The notes under the pieces were generated by a model. That model was not told where the DNA came from. It was given only the letters and a program-made list of their open reading frames with translations, and did not search any database. A stretch of 64,000 bases of DNA from Chloroflexota bacterium (GTDB lineage: Bacteria > Chloroflexota > Dehalococcoidia > SM23-28-2 > JACOUE01): contig JACOUE010000005.1 of the NCBI GenBank assembly GCA_016178045.1, positions 18,855 through 82,854 on the forward strand, read 5' to 3'. Position numbers and translations under genes: made by a program. The number at the start of each line of letters is the position of its first letter. Positions within the stretch are counted from its first letter, which is position 1. This document shows, piece after piece, positions 18,737 to 27,168 of this stretch.

Positions 18737-20320
18737 ATGGCCCGGGCCCAGCTCCCCTATCTGGTACGCCGCCTCCTCGACCCCGCCGCTTACCCTCATC
18801 CTGTCGATGGCGTGGAGCTAATCCAGACGCACATCTCCTACGTCTTCCTGGCCGGCGACTACGTCTACAAGGTGAAGAAGCCGGTCGACTTCCGCTTCCT
18901 GGACTACTCCACGCTTCGCAAGCGCCTCTATTACTGCCACCAGGAGGTGCGCCTCAACAGCCGCCTCTGCCCTGACACGTATTTGGGCGTCGTCGCTATT
19001 CGAGAGCAGGGCGGCGCGGTGCGCGTGGAGGGGCCGGGCCGGGTGCTGGAGTACGCGATGAAGATGCGGCGGCTGCCCCAGGAGCGGATGCTGGACCGCC
19101 TGCTGGCCACGGGCGAGGCGGACCGGACGATGGTCGAGCGGCTGGCCGAACGGCTGGCGCGGTTCCACGCCGGCTCCGAGTCCAGCCCGCGCATCGCCCG
19201 CTACGGTGACTGGGCGATCCGCTTCGCCTGGCGGGAGAACTTCCAGCAGTGGGCTGACTTCGTCGGGGAGACGCTGACGGCGGAGCAGGACCGGCTGCTC
19301 CGCTCCTACGTACGCCATTTCCTCCGCCGTAACCGCGACCTCATGCGAAGGCGGCGGGATACGCTCCGTATTCGCGACTGCCACGGCGACCTGCGGTCCG
19401 ACAGCGTGTGCCTGGTGGACGGCGTCTGCATCTACGACCGCATCGAGTTCAGCCGCCGCCTGCGCTACACGGACGTGGCCGGGGACGTGGGTTTCCTGGC
19501 CATGGACCTGGAGTACCGCGGCCGCCCCGACCTGGCCGGGGCGTTGGTAGCGCGGTACGGGGACGCTTCGGGAGACCGGGAGTTGCTGCGCGTGCTCGAC
19601 TTCTACCGCTGCTACCGTGCCTGCGTACGGGGCAAGGTGGAGGGGTTTCGCTTGCGCCAGCCTGAGGCCGGCGCCCGCGAGAAGCGGCAGGCGCTGCAGG
19701 CGGCGCGGCGCTACTTCGCCCTGGCCTGCCGCTACGGGGAGCGCGACCGGCCCCTGTTGATCATCATGTGCGGTCTGACGGCAACAGGGAAGTCGACGCT
19801 GGCGCAGGCCCTGTCGGATGAGCTGGGCGTGGAAGTCGTGTCGTCAGACCTGGTGCGGAAGGAGCTGGCCGGGGTGGGGCCGTCGGAGCGGCGGTTCGAG
19901 CCATTCGGGCGCGGGATATATGCCAGCCGCTTCAGCGACCGCACCTACCGGGCGCTGCTGAGGCGGGCGGAGGGCGTCCTCGCGGGCGGCGGCGATGCGA
20001 TCGTCGACGCCTCCTTCGCCCGGCGCCGGCACCGGGCGTGGGCGAAGAGGACGGCGGAGAGGCAGGGGGCGCGTTTCCTGTGCGTCGAGTGCCGGGCGGG
20101 CGACGCCACTGTGCGCCAGCGGCTCGAGGAGCGGCTGCGGCAGGGCGGCGACCCGTCGGACGCGCGCTGGGAGATTTACGTAGGGCAGAAGGCGATTTTC
20201 GAGGCCGTGGACGAGCTTTCGCCGGAAGAGCACGTGATAATCGATTCGCAGTGGCGGTTAGGGCAGCAGGTTGACGCCATACAGCGGAAGACCGGCGTAA
20301 CCCGTCAATCCCTCGCCTAA
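18737..20320 (+). CDS. bifunctional aminoglycoside-phosphotransferase-like kinase / P-loop ATP-binding protein
   Basis: Start at ATG 18737 (MARAQLPYLVRR...) within ORF 18506-20320. APH-like fold with HGDL, and a C-terminal Walker A GLTATGKSTLA. Confidence 0.75.
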   Translation: MARAQLPYLVRRLLDPAAYPHPVDGVELIQTHISYVFLAGDYVYKVKKPVDFRFLDYSTLRKRLYYCHQEVRLNSRLCPDTYLGVVAIREQGGAVRVEGPGRVLEYAMKMRRLPQERMLDRLLATGEADRTMVERLAERLARFHAGSESSPRIARYGDWAIRFAWRENFQQWADFVGETLTAEQDRLLRSYVRHFLRRNRDLMRRRRDTLRIRDCHGDLRSDSVCLVDGVCIYDRIEFSRRLRYTDVAGDVGFLAMDLEYRGRPDLAGALVARYGDASGDRELLRVLDFYRCYRACVRGKVEGFRLRQPEAGAREKRQALQAARRYFALACRYGERDRPLLIIMCGLTATGKSTLAQALSDELGVEVVSSDLVRKELAGVGPSERRFEPFGRGIYASRFSDRTYRALLRRAEGVLAGGGDAIVDASFARRRHRAWAKRTAERQGARFLCVECRAGDATVRQRLEERLRQGGDPSDARWEIYVGQKAIFEAVDELSPEEHVIIDSQWRLGQQVDAIQRKTGVTRQSLA

Positions 20321-20342
20321 GCTCTGGTTCCCTCTCAAAGGC

Positions 20343-20413
20343 TTGACAAAGGGCCCATAGAACGTTTAACGTATAGATGCTGCTACTAGCAGCCATCGAA
20401 ATAATCGATTATT
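20343..20413 (+). promoter_or_regulatory. AT-rich promoter/operator region upstream of aquaporin: TTGACA, 7-1-7 palindrome GCTGCTAcTAGCAGC, and 14-bp palindrome AATAATCGATTATT
   Basis: TTGACA at 20343-20348, palindrome at 20379-20393, perfect palindrome at 20400-20413. This low-GC island sits in a 70% GC genome. Confidence 0.45.
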
Positions 20414-20486
20414 GTCGACAAGGAGGGGGAAGAGCCGGAGCCGTTCTTCGCGGAACACAACCGCGGGGGAAAGGGGGTGAGAACTT

Positions 20487-21260
20487 ATGGCAGCGATTTT
20501 TCCGCCAATCAAATGGGGAACCCGTGAAGTGAACTGGACGTGGGTACCCGAGACGGCTGACGAGCTGGCGAGCACCTATCGACCGCTGTTTGCGGAGATG
20601 CTGGGCACGCTGGCGTTCGTGTTCGTGGCTGGATCAATCATGATCGTCGAGAGCGAGGGTGCCGGCTTGGGCCTGCTGGGAATGGCGTTGGCCACCGCTA
20701 TCACCTATGCAATTATCGTATCAGCGCTGTACCCGGTTTCAGGTGGCCACATTAACCCGGCGGTGACCGTCGCCCATGTAGCGGCGCGGCGGATGCCACC
20801 GTCCATCGCGATCCTTTACGTGGTGGCCCAGTTCGCCGGCGCTATCCTGGGCGCCCTGTTGCTCGGGCTTATCTTCCGGGACGTGGTCGCGGACGCCGCT
20901 CGGACGGCTACACTGTCCTTCGGCGACGCGTACCACGGTACCTGGTCGGCGATCTTTACCGGCGGCTTCCTGGAGGCCATCCTGACCTTCGTGTTGGTGC
21001 TGGCCTACTTCGGGACGCTGGTAGACCGCCGGGGCAACCGGAGCCTGGGCGGCTTCGGCGTGGGCCTCGTGCTCATGGTGTCGATGCTGTTCGCCTTCCC
21101 GCTGACGGGCGCCGCCCTCAACGTGGCGCGAGTCTTCGGTACGGCGACAGTGGCGAACCACTGGAGCGACTTCGGGATGTACTGGCTGGGCCTGGTCGGC
21201 GCTGTAGTCGCCGGTCTGGTCTACGAGCACATCCTCGCCTCGCGCGAAGACGAAGCTTAA
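20487..21260 (+). CDS. MIP/aquaporin family channel (first NPA canonical, second motif NVA)
   Basis: 257 aa; SGGHINPAVT and GAALNVARVFG; six TM helices. Confidence 0.85.
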   Translation: MAAIFPPIKWGTREVNWTWVPETADELASTYRPLFAEMLGTLAFVFVAGSIMIVESEGAGLGLLGMALATAITYAIIVSALYPVSGGHINPAVTVAHVAARRMPPSIAILYVVAQFAGAILGALLLGLIFRDVVADAARTATLSFGDAYHGTWSAIFTGGFLEAILTFVLVLAYFGTLVDRRGNRSLGGFGVGLVLMVSMLFAFPLTGAALNVARVFGTATVANHWSDFGMYWLGLVGAVVAGLVYEHILASREDEA

Positions 21261-21295
21261 CGGTTGACGGCTCAGACGGCTCTTCCGAATTGACG

Positions 21296-21329
21296 GAGGC
21301 CCCGACCACGGTCGGGGCCTCCTCGTTTT
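21296..21329 (+). terminator. rho-independent terminator after aquaporin 1
   Basis: Hairpin gaggccccgacc-acgg-tcggggcctc followed by ctcgtttt. Confidence 0.65.
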
Positions 21330-21437
21330 GACATTTCGGCTCTTCGTCATTAGCATCAAGGCAAATAACAACCGGCCCGCCTGGCTCTCGAGCCGCTAGT
21401 GGAGCCCGTTGATCCGGGCTGGAGCAGGGAGGTCAGA

Positions 21438-22226
21438 TTGGCAGGACTGCAGCTGTCGGCCAGCACTCTCGGCCTGACGTCGGGAGACTTCGGGCTGAGG
21501 ACGTGGCGCGCGGTGGCGGCGGAACTGGTAGCCACCGCGCTGTTCGTTTTCGTCGGGGCGGGGGCGGTGGTAACGGTAACCGGGGTCCTGGGGAAGAGCC
21601 CCAGCGATGACGCCGCCGCCCTGGTCGTCATCGCCCTGGCGCACGGGTTCGCGATAGCGGTGCTGGTGGCCGCTCTGGCTACTATCTCCGGCGGGCACAT
21701 CAACCCCGCCGTGACCTTCGCGGCGACGATCACGGGCCGCATAAAGCTGACGACTGGTGTCCTCTACGTGACGGCCCAACTGGCGGGCGCGGTCCTGGGC
21801 GCGAGCCTCCTCAAGGCCGTCTTCGCGAACGACGTGGAGGGGAACCTGGGTGCACACAGCCTGAACCTGGACGCACTGGCCAGCACGGAGATGGGGTGCC
21901 TGCTGGAGATCATCCTGACGTTCGTGCTGGTCTTCGTCGTGTTCGCCACGGCCATCGACGCCCGCGGCTACGGCGGGATCGCTCCGCTGGCCATCGGCCT
22001 TACGGTGATGATCGACCACTTCATCGGAGTTCCTCTGACAGGCGCGTCGATGAACCCGGCCCGCTCCTTCGGCCCCGCGGCCATCGCCAACGTCTGGGAT
22101 GACCACTGGGTTTACTGGGCGGGCCCCCTCGTTGGTGGGGGGCTGGCCGGCCTGGTGTATTACTTCTTCTACATCTACCGCAGGGGCGAGGAGCGAGGCG
22201 TCCCTCCCGCCGTCGCCGAAGAGTAG
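21438..22226 (+). CDS. MIP/aquaporin family channel (both NPA canonical)
   Basis: ORF 21399-22226. TTG 21438 is preferred because GGGAGG lies 6 nt upstream; the alternative ATG 21399 has no SD. SGGHINPAVT and SMNPARSFG are present. Confidence 0.85.
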   Translation: MAGLQLSASTLGLTSGDFGLRTWRAVAAELVATALFVFVGAGAVVTVTGVLGKSPSDDAAALVVIALAHGFAIAVLVAALATISGGHINPAVTFAATITGRIKLTTGVLYVTAQLAGAVLGASLLKAVFANDVEGNLGAHSLNLDALASTEMGCLLEIILTFVLVFVVFATAIDARGYGGIAPLAIGLTVMIDHFIGVPLTGASMNPARSFGPAAIANVWDDHWVYWAGPLVGGGLAGLVYYFFYIYRRGEERGVPPAVAEE

Positions 22227-22241
22227 CCTATTTCTCCCGGC

Positions 22242-22466
22242 CTAAGCCGGCGAGATCTCGGCGACGTAGTGGTAGTGGCAGGAGACGCGCGTCCCCGGCC
22301 GCTCGTCGGGCTCCAGGAAGAGCACCAGCCCGTCCGCCGCGTCGATCGTCCCCACCAGGCGTCCGGTCAGCGCTGGGCCTGCCGGGGCATCCGGCCGCAG
22401 ACGCAAGGTGACGCGCTTCCCCACGTACTGCTGAACCTCAGCGGGCGTTACGCGTTCCTGCGGCAT
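22242..22466 (-). CDS. small hypothetical protein (74 aa)
   Basis: Non-repetitive composition, positioned directly downstream of dut on the same strand. Confidence 0.35.
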   Translation of the reverse strand: MPQERVTPAEVQQYVGKRVTLRLRPDAPAGPALTGRLVGTIDAADGLVLFLEPDERPGTRVSCHYHYVAEISPA

Positions 22467-22480
22467 CCTTCGCCCTCCTC

Positions 22481-22924
22481 CTAGCGGCCGGTAGAGCCGT
22501 GGCCGCCGCCGCCGCGCTGCGTCTCCGAGAGCGCGTGTACCTCCGCAACGTCTAACCTGGCCAGAGCGGTCACCACCAGCTGGGCGATGCGGTCGCCGTG
22601 GCGGACGATGTGGGCCGAGCGGGTGCCGACGACGTACATCGTGACGAGGACCTCGCCGCGGTAGTCGCTGTCGATTGTGCCGAGGGGGACGGCGACGCCC
22701 TGCGAGGATAGGCCGGAGCTGGGCCGGATCTGGGCGTCGTAGCCGCGGGGCACCTCCACGGCGATCCCTGTAGGGATAAGGATAGGGTCACGTCCCACCT
22801 CCACCGGATCTGGGCCCTGGATGCAGGCGTAGAGGTCGAAGGCGGTGGCCCCGGGGGTGGCGCGGCAGGGGAGGATGGCGCCCGGCCTTATGCGCTTGAC
22901 CTTGAGGACGGGTCGGGCGCTCAT
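22481..22924 (-). CDS. dut: dUTP diphosphatase
   Basis: 147 aa carrying dUTPase motifs (ATPGATAFDLY, GLSSQGV, IDSDYRGEV, RHGDRIAQL). Confidence 0.9.
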   Translation of the reverse strand: MSARPVLKVKRIRPGAILPCRATPGATAFDLYACIQGPDPVEVGRDPILIPTGIAVEVPRGYDAQIRPSSGLSSQGVAVPLGTIDSDYRGEVLVTMYVVGTRSAHIVRHGDRIAQLVVTALARLDVAEVHALSETQRGGGGHGSTGR

Positions 22925-23475
22925 CAGTCGACCTGGGCGAGCACCTCGAAGAGCAGCTCGTTGGGCGGGTTGTCCGCCGCGTCGCGGTTATAGTGGGCGA
23001 AGCGGACCGTGCCCTGCCGGTCGATGACGAAGGTGCCGGGCATCTGCATGACGTCGCCGACCGACCGGGAGGTGTGGAAGCCCCTGAGGGCGGCGCTGAT
23101 GCCCCGCAGGACGACCGCGGGGCCGAGCACTTGGTTGAAGGTGCCCCGTTCGAGGGTGAAGGCGTGGTAGGCCTCGCGCTCAGGGTCGGCGAAGCAGGGG
23201 AAGGGAGAGTGGCGGTCGCGGCAGAACTGGTCGGCCTGCTCCGGCGTCCCCTGGGTGACGAGCAGCACCTGCGCCCCCGTCTCTTCGAACTTCTCGTCGT
23301 CCTGACGCAACTGCGCCAGGTGCTCTTTGCAGAACGGTCAGCCGAAGTGGCGCAGGAAGACCAGTACGCTCTTCTGCTTGGACCACAACTCGGAGAGGCG
23401 GAGCTCGGCGCCTTCGGTATTGCGCACAACGAAGTCCGGGGCCTTGTCGCCCACCTTGACCGGTCCCGCTGTCAT
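22924..23475 (-). CDS. Prx-like/AhpC-TSA thioredoxin-fold protein with in-frame TGA (candidate selenoprotein, UxxC motif)
   Basis: ATG 23475 (ATGA overlap with the hydrolase stop) gives MTAGPVKVGDKAPDFVVRNTEGAELRLSELWSKQKSVLVFLRHFG-[TGA 23338-23340]-PFCKEHLAQLRQDDEKFEETGAQVLLVTQG... The ORF track only calls the part after the TGA (22924-23310, TTG start). TGA sits at the first position of the redox CxxC, giving U-P-F-C. The downstream mRNA hairpin cuggcgcAGUUgcgucag (forward 23302-23319) begins about 19 nt after the UGA. Confidence 0.55.
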
Positions 23476-24356
23476 GCCGAACCTCCTTCGTCAAGGAACC
23501 TGGTGATCGCTTCCAGGACGGCCTCCGGCTTCTCCATGGGCGAGAAGTGGCTCCCGCCCTCGATGGTGCCGAGGCGGCCGTCCGCCACCCGCTGGGAGAC
23601 CCCTTCCGCCCCCCACGACAAGTACTGATCCGTCTCCTCGCCGCGCAGGACGAGGACGGGACAGCGCACCCGGGGAAGGACGGACCAGGCGTCCATGGCG
23701 ATACGGCCCTCGTAGATGCGGGCCTCGGTCTCCCCCGGACATTTTAGCTCGATCTGGCCGTCCTCGCGCACGAAGGTGCCCTCCTCCACATAGATGCGCA
23801 GGATATCGCCGCGCCAGCGGGCGAAGGTAGGGCGGCCGCGGTAGGCCTCGGTCATCTCGTCGTAGCCGGGCCAGACGGCACGGCGCTTGCGGGCGCCCTC
23901 GGCGAGCTGGTCGCGGCGGCGGAAGGAGGCTTCGGTCGCCTCGGGCGGGAAGATTATGGGCTCGATGGCAACCAGGCGGGAGAAGAGGTCGGGCCGGGAG
24001 GCGGCGGAGTAGAGGGCGGCGGCGCCGCCGCTGGAGTGGCCGATGGCGACGATGTCGCGAAGGGAGAGGGCGTCCACGAAGCCCGCCAGGTCCTCGGCGA
24101 AGCGGGTCCACTCGTAGCCGGAGGGCGGGCCTTCGGTAGGCCTCGGGACAGGCTTGTCGCTGTCGCCGTGGCCGCGGGCGTCGTAGGCGTAGACGTCGAA
24201 GCGGCGGCTGAGGGGTTCGGCGTAAGGCTTCCATAGGGCGGCGATGAAGCCGGTGGCGTGGAGCAGGACCAGGGGCGGCGCTCCGGCGGGGCCGGCCCAG
24301 CGCAGGTAGTGCAGGCTGAGCCCTTTGACGGAGACAGCCCCATCCTCAGGAGGCAA
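23472..24356 (-). CDS. alpha/beta hydrolase
   Basis: 294 aa with the GHSSGG nucleophile elbow. Confidence 0.85.
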   Translation of the reverse strand: MPPEDGAVSVKGLSLHYLRWAGPAGAPPLVLLHATGFIAALWKPYAEPLSRRFDVYAYDARGHGDSDKPVPRPTEGPPSGYEWTRFAEDLAGFVDALSLRDIVAIGHSSGGAAALYSAASRPDLFSRLVAIEPIIFPPEATEASFRRRDQLAEGARKRRAVWPGYDEMTEAYRGRPTFARWRGDILRIYVEEGTFVREDGQIELKCPGETEARIYEGRIAMDAWSVLPRVRCPVLVLRGEETDQYLSWGAEGVSQRVADGRLGTIEGGSHFSPMEKPEAVLEAITRFLDEGGSA

Positions 24357-24768
24357 CGGGTTCCTCCTCGCGGAAGGCGATGGCGGGTATGAGCGAGCGG
24401 TCGAACTGCCGCAGGCGGCGGGGGCCGAGTGAGCGGACGGACTCGAGGCAGCGGCTTGTCTCCGTGAGGAGGCGCTCTACGTCGACGCCGAGGCAGGACG
24501 GGCGGAACGGCTCCAGCAGGCGGATGCCGCCTTCGAGAAGGTTGATCGTGCCGCGGTGGTTATTACGGAGGAGGTGGTGGAAGCCAGCGGCGACCTTGAT
24601 GAGGCCCTGGTAGAAGTCGGCCAGGTGGGTCTCCTCCCGGTGCCAGATGTCCTCGAACGTCTCGTGGCAGTCGTAGAAGCGCCAGGCGTTGAACTGGCGG
24701 ACGCCCCTGACAAGGCCTTCGGGGTCGACGGCGACGGGGGCGGCAATGTGTGGCTTGGGGGCCTTCAT
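24346..24768 (-). CDS. DUF309 domain protein
   Basis: 140 aa; FNAWRFYDCHETFEDIWH pattern. Confidence 0.65.
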   Translation of the reverse strand: MKAPKPHIAAPVAVDPEGLVRGVRQFNAWRFYDCHETFEDIWHREETHLADFYQGLIKVAAGFHHLLRNNHRGTINLLEGGIRLLEPFRPSCLGVDVERLLTETSRCLESVRSLGPRRLRQFDRSLIPAIAFREEEPVAS

Positions 24769-24812
24769 GGTCGCTTCGAATTGTACGAAGGGCGGCGGCG
24801 AGGGTCAAAGGG

Positions 24813-24838
24813 CCCTTCGACAGGCTCAGGGCGAGCGG
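24813..24838. repeat. REP-like repeat, family B core (cccttcgacaggctcagggcgagcgg)
   Basis: One of at least seven copies of cttcgacNNNgctcagggcRRgc in the window. Confidence 0.7.
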
Positions 24839-24959
24839 GGGAATCACCGCAGAGGGCCGCAGATAAGCTCTGACTGGGTGTTTGAGGCAGCGTATAGCAG
24901 TCTTGAGGGCGCCGGTGAAGTGGTGTAGCGACGTCAAATGAGGCTCGTGGCATGCCATC

Positions 24960-25094
24960 TCATGTGTGGTCGGCGCCCCAGCCTCCGCCGCCCGGCGTCT
25001 CCAGCGTGAGGCGTCGCCGGGCTCCACGCACGGAGTACGCGCAGTATCCCAAGAACAGCAGGGCGATGATGACCACGGCGAGCGGCCAGTTCAT
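24960..25094 (-). CDS. small membrane peptide (44 aa), paralog of the adjacent lipoprotein
   Basis: MNWPLAVVIIALLFLGYCAYSVRGARRRLTLETPGGGGWGADHT. Shares the N-terminus MNW..A.VV..LL..G.CA with gene 25133-25390. Not in the ORF track (under 60 aa) and has no clear SD. Confidence 0.35.
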   Translation of the reverse strand: MNWPLAVVIIALLFLGYCAYSVRGARRRLTLETPGGGGWGADHT

Positions 25095-25132
25095 GCTCAT
25101 GGGAGAACGGTGCGCGCCCTGGTTATGGGCCC

Positions 25133-25390
25133 CTACTCCTCAGGGGGTTCGTACCGATCGGCCTCGGCGTCCGCGAAGCCGTCAGAGTACAGAGAGGCGC
25201 ACTCTGATTGATCGAAGGGCGCCCCCTGCTCGGTGCCCGCACGACCGTCCTGCCAGCCGGTGTCGTAGCAGACGCTGCGTTTGGCGAAGTCGATGGCCTC
25301 ACTGGCGCTGTCGCTGGCGCTTCGCAGGACGACGGCACAACCGGCGACGAGAAGGACGAGAACAACGGCTAGGGCGATAACCCAGTTCAT
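25133..25390 (-). CDS. small lipoprotein (85 aa), signal peptide with LVAGC lipobox and an acidic Cys-containing C-terminal domain
   Basis: MNWVIALAVVLVLLVAGCAVV... with SD AGGAAG 8 nt upstream. Confidence 0.55.
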   Translation of the reverse strand: MNWVIALAVVLVLLVAGCAVVLRSASDSASEAIDFAKRSVCYDTGWQDGRAGTEQGAPFDQSECASLYSDGFADAEADRYEPPEE

Positions 25391-25623
25391 GTAACTTCTT
25401 CCTGGCTAGACCCCAGACGAATGACTCCGGCAGGGATCTGCCGATCCCGGTACGGGGGTCCGGCCGGCGGACGGGACAGCATCCCCCTGTGATAAAGAAC
25501 GGCAGGGAGGCACGTTTGTTACAAGGAAGCGGTGGGAGGACCGGACGCGCTCGGGGTTTCCCCTAACGCAAACGTCATGGTATCCTGCTAGGGACGTATC
25601 GGCCGAGCGAGAGGTCTTGTTTC

Positions 25624-26316
25624 ATGGGTAGCATCATCGACATGCACGTCCACACTATCGTCGGGTCGATGGACAGCGATATCTCGCCGCGCCGCCTGGC
25701 GGAGATGGCCCAGCACACGGGGCTGAGCGGCGTGGTCTTGACCGAGCACCTGAACCACTGGCGACCCGAAGACGTGGAGCGCCTTCGCCAGGAGAGCGGA
25801 CTATTCGCCTTCAACGCCCGCGAGTGGTCGACCGAGATGGGCCACATCATCGCCCTGGGGCTCGACCACGGCGTGCGCAACATCCTCCGGGCGGCGGACC
25901 TGCGCCGCGCCGCCGACGAGCACGGCGCGCTCTTGATCCTGGCCCACCCCTTCCGCTACTTCCCGGGGCCCTCCAGCCTGCTCTTCCGGAGCACGCCGAA
26001 CGCCGAGAAGATGGGGGTGGAGGAGCTGGCGGGGCACCCGGCGTTCAAGATCGCCGACGCAATCGAGGTGCTGAACGGGGGCTGCATCGAGCGGGAGAAC
26101 CAGCTGGCGCTGGAGGTGGCGCGCTACCTGGGCAAGCCAGCCGTGGCCGGCAGCGATGCCCACATCCCCATGGAGCTGGGGCGGTACGTGACGCTCTTCG
26201 AGAAGGAGCTTACCTCAGAGGAGGAGATGCTCGCCGAGCTGCGGTCGGGCCGCTTTCAAGCCGCCCAGCGCCTGGGCGACGCCTTCGTCCCGCTGGGTGA
26301 ATCCGTGCCCAGCTAG
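25624..26316 (+). CDS. PHP domain metal-dependent phosphoesterase
   Basis: 230 aa; the MHVHT start and HxH motifs (TEHLNH, LAHPFRY, GSDAH). Confidence 0.8.
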   Translation: MGSIIDMHVHTIVGSMDSDISPRRLAEMAQHTGLSGVVLTEHLNHWRPEDVERLRQESGLFAFNAREWSTEMGHIIALGLDHGVRNILRAADLRRAADEHGALLILAHPFRYFPGPSSLLFRSTPNAEKMGVEELAGHPAFKIADAIEVLNGGCIERENQLALEVARYLGKPAVAGSDAHIPMELGRYVTLFEKELTSEEEMLAELRSGRFQAAQRLGDAFVPLGESVPS

Positions 26317-26320
26317 GGCA

Positions 26321-26773
26321 TCAACGGCGGAAGACGTTACGGATGCGGTCCCACACGGAGGGGCCACGGCGGCCTCCTCGTAGCCCCTGGACGAACTGGC
26401 CCCACGCCTCCTCCGCCCCGGCGGCGCGCTTCAGCCCCCGCAGCCGCTCTTCGATGATGTCGCGGACGCGCCCCTCCTCGGCGGCGTCCAGCCAGAAGCC
26501 GTGCTCGTCCGGGCAGGTGTCCAGCTCCAGGTTGTAGGCGCGGTAGTTGAAGGCGATCATGCGCTTGTCGCAGACCGGGCAGCGGAGCTCGCTGGCGTGC
26601 CTGGCGTACTGGACGGTGGCGCGGCGCTCCTCCGCCGTGGAGGGGACGGTGGCCTCCATCTGGTCGAGCTCGTCTTGGTCGAGCCAGCGGCCGTTGCAGG
26701 CCGGGCAGTGGTCGACCTCGATGCCGTATTGGTGTTCGACGGCCAGTTCGACGTTGCAGCGGGGGCAGTTCAC
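26321..26773 (-). CDS. tandem zinc-ribbon (zf-TFIIB-like) domain protein
   Basis: 150 aa with two CP.C...CP.C zinc ribbons (MNCPRCN...CPACNG ; CPVCD...CPDEHG). Confidence 0.6.
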   Translation of the reverse strand: MNCPRCNVELAVEHQYGIEVDHCPACNGRWLDQDELDQMEATVPSTAEERRATVQYARHASELRCPVCDKRMIAFNYRAYNLELDTCPDEHGFWLDAAEEGRVRDIIEERLRGLKRAAGAEEAWGQFVQGLRGGRRGPSVWDRIRNVFRR

Positions 26774-26775
26774 GA

Positions 26776-27156
26776 TCAGGCGCCCTCCTTCTCGAACCAG
26801 ACCTCGATGAGGTAGCCGTCGGGGTCCCTGAAGAAGACGTACGGCTCGCCGGGGACGAACTCGCCGCCCTCCTCGACCGTCCCGCCGGCCCGCTCGACCT
26901 CAGCGACGGCGGCGGCGATGTCGTCCGGGCTCACGAGCCGGAAGCCGAAGTGAGCGATGCCGCCCGTCTGGCCGGGGTCCGGCGAATCACCCTCGACGAA
27001 GGTGATGATGTCGTTGGCGCCGGGGGTGTTCACCTCGGCGCGGCCCTCCTCGCGGTGGAGGACGCGGGTGCCGAACGCCTGCTGGTAGAAGCGCAGGGTG
27101 CGGTCGAGGTCGCGCACGGCGAGGGCGAGGTGGGTAAGGCCGAGGGTGCGGATCAT
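26776..27156 (-). CDS. VOC family (glyoxalase/bleomycin resistance) protein
   Basis: 126 aa; GLTHLALAVRDLDRTLRFY and HFGFRL motifs. Confidence 0.8.
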   Translation of the reverse strand: MIRTLGLTHLALAVRDLDRTLRFYQQAFGTRVLHREEGRAEVNTPGANDIITFVEGDSPDPGQTGGIAHFGFRLVSPDDIAAAVAEVERAGGTVEEGGEFVPGEPYVFFRDPDGYLIEVWFEKEGA

Positions 27157-27168
27157 TTGACCCTCACA

